From NCBI GenBank assembly GCA_910585725.1, contig CAJUFA010000010.1, forward strand, positions 21,450 through 85,449: a stretch of DNA of 64,000 nucleotides, written 5' to 3'. Under the pieces are notes generated by a model. It saw only the letters and a list, made by a program, of their open reading frames with translations. It was not told where the DNA came from and ran no database searches. Positions within the stretch are counted from its first letter, which is position 1. Each line of letters begins with the position of its first letter. Position numbers and translations under genes: made by a program. This document shows, one piece after another, positions 8,729 to 17,685 of the stretch. This DNA comes from an uncultured Dorea sp. (GTDB lineage: Bacteria; Bacillota; Clostridia; Lachnospirales; Lachnospiraceae).

Positions 8729-11314
8729 ATGGAACAATATATCGTGACAGGAATGAGCTGCGCGGCGTGCAGCACCCGCGTAGAGAAAGCAGTTTCTAAT
8801 GTGGAAGGGGTGACGTCATGTTCGGTAAGTCTTCTGACGAATTCCATGGGTGTGGAAGGAGACGTGTCTCCGGCGGAGGTGATAGCCGCTGTGGAAGCGG
8901 CCGGATACGGCGCGGCGTCAAAGGCGGCAGAAGGCGGTCATAAGAATGAGGCTGCAAAGATGCCGGGTGAAGAGCTTTTGGAGGATAAAGAGACGCCGGT
9001 CTTAAAAAGAAGGCTGATGATATCCCTTTTCTTTCTATTCCCGTTAATGTATGTCTCTATGGGGCATATGATGTGGAACTGGCCGGTGCCGGGAGTCTTT
9101 GCCGGAAATCACGTGGCTATGGGATTGTTTCAGCTGCTGTTTACTACGGCGATTATGATCGTCAATCAGAAGTTTTTCATCGGCGGGTTTAAGAGCCTGT
9201 GGCACCGTGCGCCTAATATGGACACATTAGTTGCGCTTGGCGCCGGGGCGTCTTATGTGTACAGTACTTATGCTTTGTTTGCCATGACAGATGCACAGAT
9301 GCGTATGGACATGGATGCAGTGACGGCATATATGCATGAATTTTATTTTGAATCTGCCGCAATGATTCTGACATTGATCACAGTCGGGAAGATGTTGGAG
9401 GCGCACTCGAAGGGAAAGACGACGGACGCGTTAAAGAGTCTGATGAAATTGGCGCCGAAAACGGCGGTTGTCGTAAGAGACGGTATGGAACAGGAAGTGC
9501 CTGTGGGCCAGGTGCGAAGCGGTGATATATTTGTAGTGAAACCAGGAGAGAACATTCCCGTAGACGGCGTAGTCCGGGAAGGAAGCAGCGCGGTAAATGA
9601 ATCCGCCCTGACCGGAGAGAGCATACCGGTAGACAAGGAAGCAGGGAGTCAGGTATCCGCGGCTACTGTAAACCAGTCGGGCTATTTAAGATGTGAGGCT
9701 ACCAGAGTAGGGGAGGACACGACGCTCTCACAGATTATCCAGATGGTCAGCGACGCGGCGGCCACAAAGGCTCCGATCGCAAAGATTGCGGATAAAGTAT
9801 CCGGTGTGTTCGTACCGACAGTCATCGGTATCGCGGCGGTCACGATCGTAATCTGGCTTCTGAGCGGAAGCAGTCTGGGATTTGCTCTGGCGCGGGGGAT
9901 ATCAGTTCTGGTGATCAGTTGTCCGTGCGCTCTTGGGCTTGCGACGCCGGTGGCTATTATGGTAGGAAACGGGATGGGCGCTAAGAACGGGATCATGTTT
10001 AAGACAGCAGTGTCTTTGGAAGAGACCGGAAAGACGCAGATCGTCGCGCTGGATAAGACCGGTACGATCACCAGGGGTGAACCAAAGGTAACGGATATTA
10101 TACCGGAAGACAATATATCAGAGGAAGAGCTTCTTGAGATGGCATACGCTTTAGAACGAAAAAGCGAGCATCCGCTTGCCAGAGCAGTGACAGATCTTGC
10201 GCAGGAGAGAGGGATCACCGGAAATGAGGCGGAAGATTTCCAGGCTGTGCCTGGCAACGGCTTATGCGGGCGGCTTGGGAAGGAGAAACTGACCGGTGGA
10301 AATCGGGATTATATTAAAAAGAATGCATCCGTCTCCCTGGAGACAGAGCAAAAAGCAGTACAGCTTGCCGAAGAAGGAAAGACGCCTTTGTTTTTTGCAA
10401 AGGATGGACGACTTGTGGGCGTGATCGCGGTGGCGGACGTTATTAAAGAAGACAGTCCGGATGCGGTAAAAGAATTGCAGAATATGGGAATTCATGTGGT
10501 GATGCTGACGGGAGATAACGAGAGGACTGCCCGGGCTATCGGACGTCAGGCAGGCGTGGACGAGGTAATCGCAGGCGTCCTTCCGGACGGTAAGGAAAGT
10601 GTGATCAGGGATCTCAGGAGTAAAGGCAAGACGGCGATGGTTGGCGACGGGATTAATGATGCTCCGGCGCTTACGAGGGCTGATATCGGAATCGCGATTG
10701 GCGCCGGGACGGATATAGCCATCGATGCGGCGGACGTAGTGTTGATGAAGAGCCGTTTGAGCGACGTTCCGGCAGCGATCCGACTGAGCCGTGCGACGCT
10801 TCGCAATATTCATGAGAATCTGTTCTGGGCGTTCTTTTATAATGTGATAGGTATTCCGCTTGCGGCAGGGGTGTGGTATCCTCTTCTTGGATGGAAATTA
10901 AATCCGATGTTTGGAGCGGCTGCCATGAGTCTTTCAAGTTTCTGTGTTGTGACGAACGCGTTACGGTTAAACTGGTTTAGGATGCATGATGCATCGAAGG
11001 ATAAAAGATTGAAACGGCATATTGTCATTTCAAATAAAGAAAAAGATATGGGAAGAGAAGGGCTGCCGGACAGCGCTTCCCAGGAAAAAAAGGAGGAGTC
11101 AACTATGACAAAGACTATGAAGATCGAAGGAATGATGTGCGGGCATTGCGAAGCAAGGGTAAAGAAATGCTTAGAGGCGCTTCCGCAGGTAGACGAAGCG
11201 GCGGTAAGCCATGAGGCGGGTACCGCCGTCCTGACACTGAATGCGGAAGTAGCAGACGACGTACTGAAGAAGACGGTAGAAGATCAGGATTACCAGGTGC
11301 AGGGAATCGAATAA
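8729..11314 (+). CDS. copA: copper-translocating P1B-type ATPase with N-terminal and C-terminal HMA domains
   Basis: N-terminal HMA GMSCAACSTRVEKA, CPC motif CPCALGLATP, DKTGTIT, GDGINDAP, and a second HMA (GMMCGHCEARVKK) at the extreme C-terminus. Confidence 0.9.
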   Translation: MEQYIVTGMSCAACSTRVEKAVSNVEGVTSCSVSLLTNSMGVEGDVSPAEVIAAVEAAGYGAASKAAEGGHKNEAAKMPGEELLEDKETPVLKRRLMISLFFLFPLMYVSMGHMMWNWPVPGVFAGNHVAMGLFQLLFTTAIMIVNQKFFIGGFKSLWHRAPNMDTLVALGAGASYVYSTYALFAMTDAQMRMDMDAVTAYMHEFYFESAAMILTLITVGKMLEAHSKGKTTDALKSLMKLAPKTAVVVRDGMEQEVPVGQVRSGDIFVVKPGENIPVDGVVREGSSAVNESALTGESIPVDKEAGSQVSAATVNQSGYLRCEATRVGEDTTLSQIIQMVSDAAATKAPIAKIADKVSGVFVPTVIGIAAVTIVIWLLSGSSLGFALARGISVLVISCPCALGLATPVAIMVGNGMGAKNGIMFKTAVSLEETGKTQIVALDKTGTITRGEPKVTDIIPEDNISEEELLEMAYALERKSEHPLARAVTDLAQERGITGNEAEDFQAVPGNGLCGRLGKEKLTGGNRDYIKKNASVSLETEQKAVQLAEEGKTPLFFAKDGRLVGVIAVADVIKEDSPDAVKELQNMGIHVVMLTGDNERTARAIGRQAGVDEVIAGVLPDGKESVIRDLRSKGKTAMVGDGINDAPALTRADIGIAIGAGTDIAIDAADVVLMKSRLSDVPAAIRLSRATLRNIHENLFWAFFYNVIGIPLAAGVWYPLLGWKLNPMFGAAAMSLSSFCVVTNALRLNWFRMHDASKDKRLKRHIVISNKEKDMGREGLPDSASQEKKEESTMTKTMKIEGMMCGHCEARVKKCLEALPQVDEAAVSHEAGTAVLTLNAEVADDVLKKTVEDQDYQVQGIE

Positions 11315-11326
11315 ATCGGGAGAATG

Positions 11327-12022
11327 CTATCCGTTCAGAAGGGAGTCGATAAGTCTTGACGCCTCGCTTCGTGTAAGAGTATCAGGATTCCATGTGGGCT
11401 GTGTATTTTTTCGACGGCATAGTTTTGTTAAAAAGGCAAGCTGCTTATCGGTTGCCGGCTGTTGTTTTTTTGCTTTGTATGTAAGCTGAACCGGTTGGAA
11501 CAGCATGGGATATTCGGCTTCAAAGTAATGCGCGAGAGTCTGGTATAATTTAGCTGTGGCAAGCGCGTCGTGATAGGCTCTGTGGGCCGATTTATTCTCG
11601 ATCTGATAATATGCGCACAGGTCGGATAAGCTTTTCGAGGGAAGAGAAGCCAGTGCGGTCTGTGCGATCTTGAGGGTGTCTATCCCGGATTTTTCGAAAG
11701 AAAGTCCGCAGCGGGAGGCGCCCGTTTTCATGAAACTATAGTCAAATCCTACGTTATGCCCGATCAGCACATCGTCTTCGCAAAATTTCAGGAAATCAGA
11801 AATTACTTCTGAACCTGATCGGGCGTCTGCAACCATCTCGTTCGTAATTCCGGTTAGATTGGTGATTGTATCAGAAATAATTTCCGTTGGGCAGATAAAT
11901 TCCATAAAACGTTCGGCAACATGCCCGTCTCTTACCTTAAGAGCTCCAATCTCTATGATTTCATTTATCTGAGGATTTAGTCCCGTTGTCTCCACGTCAA
12001 AAGCGATATAAGATTTTAACAT
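11327..12022 (-). CDS. DEDDh 3'-5' exonuclease (DnaQ/epsilon-like) with a short C-terminal extension
   Basis: Exo motifs AFDVETTGL, GHNVGFDYSFM and HRAYHDALATA. The start is set at the ATG preceded by GGAGG (MLKSYIAFD...). Confidence 0.8.
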   Translation of the reverse strand: MLKSYIAFDVETTGLNPQINEIIEIGALKVRDGHVAERFMEFICPTEIISDTITNLTGITNEMVADARSGSEVISDFLKFCEDDVLIGHNVGFDYSFMKTGASRCGLSFEKSGIDTLKIAQTALASLPSKSLSDLCAYYQIENKSAHRAYHDALATAKLYQTLAHYFEAEYPMLFQPVQLTYKAKKQQPATDKQLAFLTKLCRRKNTQPTWNPDTLTRSEASRLIDSLLNG

Positions 12023-12121
12023 AAGAAACCTCCGTATATTAAAAATTGTATGCAATATTTTATACGATATATTGTATCAGATATCTCCCGGAATTGCCAA
12101 TATAATCGTCATTTTTATACG

Positions 12122-12150
12122 TTGTGCTGTCAGAGGTCTTGGTATATAAT
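12122..12150 (+). promoter_or_regulatory. putative sigma-A promoter for the 12275 gene
   Basis: TTGTGC (12122-12127), a 17-nt spacer, then TATAAT (12145-12150). This would leave a ~120-nt leader. Confidence 0.4.
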
Positions 12151-12274
12151 AATTGTAGTTTACACATCGGCCGGCGGGTAGTGTGAATTGAAAGCAGAGC
12201 AGCAGGAAAAGCAGACGGCCGGAAAAAAGCGAGTGAGAATGTAATAGCAGGATGTTTTTTAAGGAGGATATTTC

Positions 12275-14176
12275 ATGTCATTGAGTGATTATACGAAAGC
12301 ATATAAACTTGGGAAGAAGGATTACCAGTCTCGGCTGCTTCGCGGGCTTCCGCCGACTCTGGAGGTTTTGGATGATATTATTCCGAAAAAGGGAACGTAT
12401 TCGGAAGTCTCGCTTGGTCTGGTTCAGATACCCATCGATCAGATCGTTGGAACCAAGACCGGAGGAAGAAGCAATGCGTTTGCGGCGAATTTTATGCCGA
12501 TTCTAAGAGAGTCATCTGAATTCGCGCAGAAGTGGGCGAGGCTTAGTACCAGCCATGAGAATGAGGGAATCCGCGAGCCGATTACGGCTTATGAATATAT
12601 GAATAAATTTTATGTATTGGAAGGAAATAAGCGGGTCAGCGTCATGAAATACTTCGACGTAGTATCCGTTCCGGGAGTTGTGACGCGGATCGTGCCGAAG
12701 CGGACGGAGGACAAAGAGAATAAGATTTATTTTGAATTCCTGGATTTCTATGAACTGACTCAGATTAATTATATCTGGTTTTCGGAAGAGGGTAATTTTA
12801 AAAAGATGCTGGAAGCGGTGGGGAAAGACACGCAGACGGTATGGACGGACGACGAGAGACTCGAGTTCAGTTCTATTTACCGGAGATTTATGGCAGAATA
12901 TAAAGCCCAGGAAAAGGATAAACTATCCGTTACGGTAGGCGACGCTTTCCTGGCTTTCGTCCAGTTGTATGGATACGAAGATATTCTCCGAATGACGACG
13001 AAAGAACTAAAAGAACTGGTATCCAAATCCTGGGAAGAATTCTCACTTCTGGAAGAGGATGATGAAGTGGAGCTTAAGATGGATCCAAACAATGAGAAGA
13101 AATCTTTGCTTAATATACTGCTTCCGTTTGGAATATCAAGTCTGAAAGTTGCATTTATATATGAAAAGACACCGGGATCATCCGCCTGGACTTATGCTCA
13201 CGAGCTTGGACGGCTGCATCTGGAACAGACTTTCCCGGATGAGGTAAGTACCGTGTGCTATGACAATACGACGGTGGATAATGTGGAAGACTATATAGAC
13301 GAGGCGATTGCCGACGGATGTAATATTATATTTACGACGACTCCGTCTTTTGTGCAGGCGAGCGTAAAAGCGGCGATTGCCAATCCGGATGTCCGGATCT
13401 TAAACTGTTCGGTCAATACCTCCCACAGATATATACGGACCTATTATGCCCGTATGCATGAGGCAAAGTTTTTGATGGGAGCGATCGCGGGCGCTATGGC
13501 AGAGAATAGTCGTCTGGCCTATATTGCGGATTATCCGATCTATGGATCGATCGCGAATATCAATGCATTTGCACTGGGAGCGAAGATGATCAATCCCCGC
13601 ACAGAGGTATTTCTGGAATGGAAAGCCAAAAAAGAAGGCGATATCATGGAGAATATAAGGCGTAATCAGGTATCCTGTATCTCGGGAAAAGATATGATGA
13701 TTCCGGAAGAAGCTTCCAGGTTCTTTGGTATCTATCATCTGGACGGCGACTGCATCAGGAATCTGGCGATGCCCATCTGGCACTGGGGAAAATTCTATGA
13801 ACAGATGATCCGTACGATTATGGACGGTACATGGAAATACGACGACGATCCGTCATCAAAGAAGGCGATCAACTACTGGTGGGGAATGTCGGCAGGAGTA
13901 ATTGACGTTATCTGTTCCCAGAATCTTCCGATCGGCACGAAGAGACTCGTAGACCTTCTGAGGGATACGATCAGTACCGGAAAATTCAATCCGTTTTCAG
14001 GTATCCTTTATTCTCAGGAAGGAATCGTCCAGGACGATCCGGGAAAGAGTCTGTCGCCGGAAGAGATCGTGACGATGGATTGGCTGGCAGAGAATGTGAT
14101 TGGAAGTATTCCGAAAGAAGACGAACTAAAGGAACAGTCAAAGCCTGTGATCTCACAGCAGGGACTTGATAAATAA
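12275..14176 (+). CDS. cytoplasmic fusion protein: ParB/Srx-like N-terminal domain + BMP/PnrA-type (nucleoside-binding-protein fold) C-terminal domain
   Basis: N-terminus has IPIDQIVGT and EPITAYEYMNKFYVLEGNKRVSVMKY, a ParB-like GxxR box. C-terminus has KVAFIYEKTPGSSAWTYAHELGR, NIIFTTTPSF, YEAKFLMGAIAGAM, INAFALGAKMINP and YWWGMSAGVIDV, which are BMP family signatures. No signal peptide or lipobox. Confidence 0.7.
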   Translation: MSLSDYTKAYKLGKKDYQSRLLRGLPPTLEVLDDIIPKKGTYSEVSLGLVQIPIDQIVGTKTGGRSNAFAANFMPILRESSEFAQKWARLSTSHENEGIREPITAYEYMNKFYVLEGNKRVSVMKYFDVVSVPGVVTRIVPKRTEDKENKIYFEFLDFYELTQINYIWFSEEGNFKKMLEAVGKDTQTVWTDDERLEFSSIYRRFMAEYKAQEKDKLSVTVGDAFLAFVQLYGYEDILRMTTKELKELVSKSWEEFSLLEEDDEVELKMDPNNEKKSLLNILLPFGISSLKVAFIYEKTPGSSAWTYAHELGRLHLEQTFPDEVSTVCYDNTTVDNVEDYIDEAIADGCNIIFTTTPSFVQASVKAAIANPDVRILNCSVNTSHRYIRTYYARMHEAKFLMGAIAGAMAENSRLAYIADYPIYGSIANINAFALGAKMINPRTEVFLEWKAKKEGDIMENIRRNQVSCISGKDMMIPEEASRFFGIYHLDGDCIRNLAMPIWHWGKFYEQMIRTIMDGTWKYDDDPSSKKAINYWWGMSAGVIDVICSQNLPIGTKRLVDLLRDTISTGKFNPFSGILYSQEGIVQDDPGKSLSPEEIVTMDWLAENVIGSIPKEDELKEQSKPVISQQGLDK

Positions 14177-14194
14177 GAAGGGTTAGAGTTATCT

Positions 14195-14788
14195 ATGAAA
14201 ATACTTGCGATTGCGGATGAAGAATCTGCTTATCTTTGGGATTATTTTGAAAAGAGTAAGCTGGAGGGGATTGACCTGATTATTTCCTGCGGCGACCTGG
14301 ATCCAAGATACCTTTCGTTCCTGGCGACGTTTACCTCCGCGCCTGTTCTGTATGTGCATGGGAACCATGATGATAAGTATGAACGGATCCCTCCGGACGG
14401 ATGCACCTGTATCGACGATAAGATCTACGTTCACCAGGGAGTGCGGATTCTGGGGTTGGGTGGTTCTATGCGCTACAAACCAGGCGGTTATCAATATACA
14501 GAATGGCAGATGAAGAACCGGGTTAGAAAACTTTGGTTTTCTCTGCTGAGGCATGGGGGATTCGATATTCTGGTCACCCATGCCCCGGCGTATCAGCTGA
14601 ATGACGGGATGGATCTGCCGCATCAGGGATTTCAGGTGTTTCTGAATCTGATAGAGAAGTACAAGCCGAAATACTTTCTGCACGGACATGTTCACATGTC
14701 CTATGGACGGAAGCATAAAAGGTATGATACCTATCAGGATACGCAGGTGGTGAACGCGTTCGAAAGGTGCATAATTGAGTATCTGTAA
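14195..14788 (+). CDS. metallophosphoesterase family protein
   Basis: Calcineurin-like motifs CGDLD, GNHDD, THAP and HGHVH. Confidence 0.8.
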   Translation: MKILAIADEESAYLWDYFEKSKLEGIDLIISCGDLDPRYLSFLATFTSAPVLYVHGNHDDKYERIPPDGCTCIDDKIYVHQGVRILGLGGSMRYKPGGYQYTEWQMKNRVRKLWFSLLRHGGFDILVTHAPAYQLNDGMDLPHQGFQVFLNLIEKYKPKYFLHGHVHMSYGRKHKRYDTYQDTQVVNAFERCIIEYL

Positions 14789-14790
14789 AA

Positions 14791-14822
14791 AGCATGCTCA
14801 GAAAAAGCATGCTCATAAAATA
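14791..14822. terminator. stem-loop formed by two copies of the palindrome AGCATGCT; likely terminator of the minus-strand folate operon
   Basis: AAAAAGCATGCTCA occurs twice (14787-14800 and 14802-14815). AGCATGCT pairs with its second copy, and on the minus strand the stem is followed by a T-run. Confidence 0.55.
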
Positions 14823-14852
14823 TTCTGCGCCGGACTATCCAAAACTTAATTT

Positions 14853-15668
14853 TCACTGTGCCAGGGAATCCAGCATCTCCCGGACAGTCTTACGGCTGCA
14901 GGGATGACGCTTATAGGGCGTGATCTCATTAAGCGGCTTTAAGACAAAATCTCGATTCTGCATATCTATATGGGGAATGCAGAGATCTTCTTCATCAAGG
15001 ATCAGATCGTCGTAAAAAATTATATCCAGGTCTAAAGTCCGGGGACCCCAGTGAATCTTTCGTTCCCGGCCGGCGTCCTGCTCAATCTTATGGAGAGTTT
15101 CCAACAGTTCCTGGGGAGTCAGCAGGGTACGGAGTTCGAGACATCCGTTTAAAAAGTCGTCCTGGTCTGTGACGCCATAGGGTTTTGTAACGAGAAAAGA
15201 GGAGACGCGTGTTACGTCGCAGCAAGGAGTCCGGCGCAGGGAATCTACTGCCTGGTTCAGATATCGTTCCTTATCGCCGATGTTAGAACCCAGGGCGACA
15301 TAGGCAGTATGCCAGCTTCGTTCGATCTCTACAGAGACAGTCTCAAGAGGGAGTCCTACGGGCGCCCAGGGCTTCTTGATCTCTAATCTTATCTTTTCAA
15401 GCTTTGGCGTATTCAGAAGGAGCGTCTCAGCCAGACTCTCGGCTGCGCGCTCCAGTAATTTGAAGGTATGTGTGGTCAGGAATTGTTCAATCTGCCGGCT
15501 GATCTCTCCGTAATGGATGGAGGAGGTCAGCTCGTCCGTCTTTCCCGCAGTCCGCGTATCGGTATAGAGAGCGGCGGTGACTATAAACTTCTGCCCAAGG
15601 ACGTTTTCCTCCGGGAAGACGCCGTGATGGGCGAATATTTCAAGGTTCTGAATCTTAATTATATCCAT
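14853..15668 (-). CDS. folK: bifunctional dihydroneopterin aldolase / HPPK (FolB-FolK fusion)
   Basis: N-terminal FolB-like FAHHGVFPEENVLGQKF. C-terminal HPPK motifs AYVALGSNIGD and WGPRTLDLDII. Confidence 0.85.
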   Translation of the reverse strand: MDIIKIQNLEIFAHHGVFPEENVLGQKFIVTAALYTDTRTAGKTDELTSSIHYGEISRQIEQFLTTHTFKLLERAAESLAETLLLNTPKLEKIRLEIKKPWAPVGLPLETVSVEIERSWHTAYVALGSNIGDKERYLNQAVDSLRRTPCCDVTRVSSFLVTKPYGVTDQDDFLNGCLELRTLLTPQELLETLHKIEQDAGRERKIHWGPRTLDLDIIFYDDLILDEEDLCIPHIDMQNRDFVLKPLNEITPYKRHPCSRKTVREMLDSLAQ

Positions 15669-15733
15669 AGTGTTTCTCCTGTATATCCTGTAATCTATAA
15701 TGTTATACCATGTATTTGTTATGCAGATAAATG

Positions 15734-16546
15734 CTACGGTGCATGTCCCAGAATTGCCTCGGTCATCCGAATTGCCCGATGATTGGATTTTACATCGTGA
15801 ACTCTGACGAAAGAGCAGCCTTTAGTCATACCATAGACGGTGGTAGCAAGGGTTCCTTCTTCTCTCTGATCGGAAGGGAGGTTAAGCGTCAGTCCGATAA
15901 CGGATTTTCTGGAGGTTCCGAGAAGAATCGGATATCCAAGTTCCTGCAGACAGTCCAGGCGTCGGATGACGGCAAGATTCATCTCATAATCCTTGCCGAA
16001 GCCTACTCCCGGGTCCAGGATGATCTTGTCGTCGTCGATTCCGGCTTCTTTAGCGAGACAAACTGATTTTTTCAGATCATTCAGGACGTCTGGGAGAAAG
16101 TCCTGGTAGACAGGCTCTTCCCGGTTATGCATCAGGCAGCATGCGGCGTGATGTCCGGCGATGACAGACGCCATGTGTTCATCGTATTTCAAGCCCCAGA
16201 TATCATTGACCATATCGGCGCCTGCCCGCAGCGCGGCTTCTGCTACAGAGCTTTTGTAAGTATCGATTGATACAGGGATATCGAATTCCTTCTTCAGCTT
16301 TTCGATGACAGGGACGACCCGTTCGGTCTCTTCTCTGTCGGTGATTTGAGTGTGTCCGGGGCGAGTAGATTCTCCCCCCACATCCAGAATATCCGCGCCG
16401 TCCCGGATCATTTCTTCCGCATGCTTTAATGCGTCGTCCAGGCGTCGGAATCTGCCGCCGTCTGAGAAGGAGTCCGGCGTCACATTCAGAATTCCCATGA
16501 TGTAAGTATGATTTCTTGTGTCAAATTCTTTTGTTCCTATAATCAT
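15734..16546 (-). CDS. folP: dihydropteroate synthase
   Basis: Motifs GILNVTPDSFSDGG, DVGGESTRPG and VRVHDV. Confidence 0.9.
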   Translation of the reverse strand: MIIGTKEFDTRNHTYIMGILNVTPDSFSDGGRFRRLDDALKHAEEMIRDGADILDVGGESTRPGHTQITDREETERVVPVIEKLKKEFDIPVSIDTYKSSVAEAALRAGADMVNDIWGLKYDEHMASVIAGHHAACCLMHNREEPVYQDFLPDVLNDLKKSVCLAKEAGIDDDKIILDPGVGFGKDYEMNLAVIRRLDCLQELGYPILLGTSRKSVIGLTLNLPSDQREEGTLATTVYGMTKGCSFVRVHDVKSNHRAIRMTEAILGHAP

Positions 16547-17076
16547 AAACGAAGCTCCTTATTTTTCTTTTGATTGTCCCAATTACATTTTTGTTCGGAA
16601 GGGCAGGAGAAACAGGGACGTGACAACTTGTCGCCGTGATATAGAAGGTATTCCAGAGGTTCAGGATCTTCTTTGAGCCGCCGATGCCCTTTGATCGCCG
16701 TGATGATCTGTTCCTTCTCATCGGCTGTGAATGTGAGGTCGGCGGGCATATCTTCGAGAATCTGCCCGGCGATCCCGGCGCCGGCGATCTCATGGGGAAT
16801 TCCCTCTTCATATTGTCTGCACTTTCCGATATCGTGCAGAAGAGCGGCCGTATAGATAAGATCCTGACCGATACCAAGGTTCATCTTAAGGTCTAATATA
16901 TAAGCGATTCTGGCAACGTCCAGAAGATGGTTCATCTGGTGGCGGCAGAAGACACGGTCTTTCTCTAGTTCTTCCAGTCTCTGATAAAAGGAGACATAGA
17001 GAGGGTGGTTACAGATAAAAGAGAGTCTCTTGTTATCGTAAGAAGACGCCGGATGCGCAAGTAAAGGTTCGGACAT
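16543..17076 (-). CDS. HD-domain metal-dependent phosphohydrolase embedded in the folate operon
   Basis: The HD dyad context is AALLHDIGK, with further His residues upstream. C-terminal Cys cluster CFSCPSEQKC. Its TGA stop overlaps the folP ATG (ATGA). Confidence 0.7.
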   Translation of the reverse strand: MSEPLLAHPASSYDNKRLSFICNHPLYVSFYQRLEELEKDRVFCRHQMNHLLDVARIAYILDLKMNLGIGQDLIYTAALLHDIGKCRQYEEGIPHEIAGAGIAGQILEDMPADLTFTADEKEQIITAIKGHRRLKEDPEPLEYLLYHGDKLSRPCFSCPSEQKCNWDNQKKNKELRL

Positions 17077-17121
17077 AATGGTTTCCTCCCTGAATGTTCT
17101 GATGTACCTGATACAAATATA

Positions 17122-17685
17122 TCACTTAAGAAGATGAAAGAATCGTTCTTCTAATCCGGGGTCAGTCTCAAAAACTCCGCGTCGCGCCAGAGTTACGGTC
17201 TGACTGCCGGGTTTTTTGATTCCGCGCATGGTCATACACATATGCTCGGCTTCTACCATGACCAGTACGCCTTTCGGGTGAACAAAGGTCATGAGAGCGT
17301 CGGCGATCTGGCCGGTCAGTTTCTCCTGGATCTGAAGCCTTCTTGCGAATACTTCTACAGTCCGGGCGAGTTTACTGAGTCCTACGACTTCCCCGTCAGG
17401 AATATAGGCGATGTGAACTTTGCCATAGAAGGGCAGCAGGTGATGTTCGCAGGTAGAATAGAATGTGATATCCTTTTCTACGACCATCTCGCTGTTATTT
17501 ACATGAAAAGTACGGCTTAGATGCGTACCGGCATCCTCTTCCATACCGCCGTAGAGTTCTTCATACATCCTCGCAATCCGGTCGGGGGTATCCAGAAGCC
17601 CTTCCCGGGAAATGTCTTCGCCGATGCCTTCCAGCAGAAGGCGGACGGCTTGTTTAATCTTATCTTGATCAATCATATTTTTCAT
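17122..17685 (-). CDS. folE: GTP cyclohydrolase I
   Basis: Motifs [10 protein letters not shown] and [12 protein letters not shown]. Confidence 0.9.
   Translation of the reverse strand: MKNMIDQDKIKQAVRLLLEGIGEDISREGLLDTPDRIARMYEELYGGMEEDAGTHLSRTFHVNNSEMVVEKDITFYSTCEHHLLPFYGKVHIAYIPDGEVVGLSKLARTVEVFARRLQIQEKLTGQIADALMTFVHPKGVLVMVEAEHMCMTMRGIKKPGSQTVTLARRGVFETDPGLEERFFHLLK

Noticed and set aside
9682-10257. Long antisense ORFs inside well-supported genes, for example 9682-10257 and 10262-10813 in copA, 4445-4903 in glgX, 36551-37039 in the kinase, 44655-45287 and 48560-49342 in the unknown-function module, and 62607-63296 in spoIVA.
   Set aside because: These are shadow ORFs opposite genes with strong motif support. 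They have no SD sequences, and their composition is low-complexity and Ser/Pro/Arg-rich, as is typical of antisense frames.
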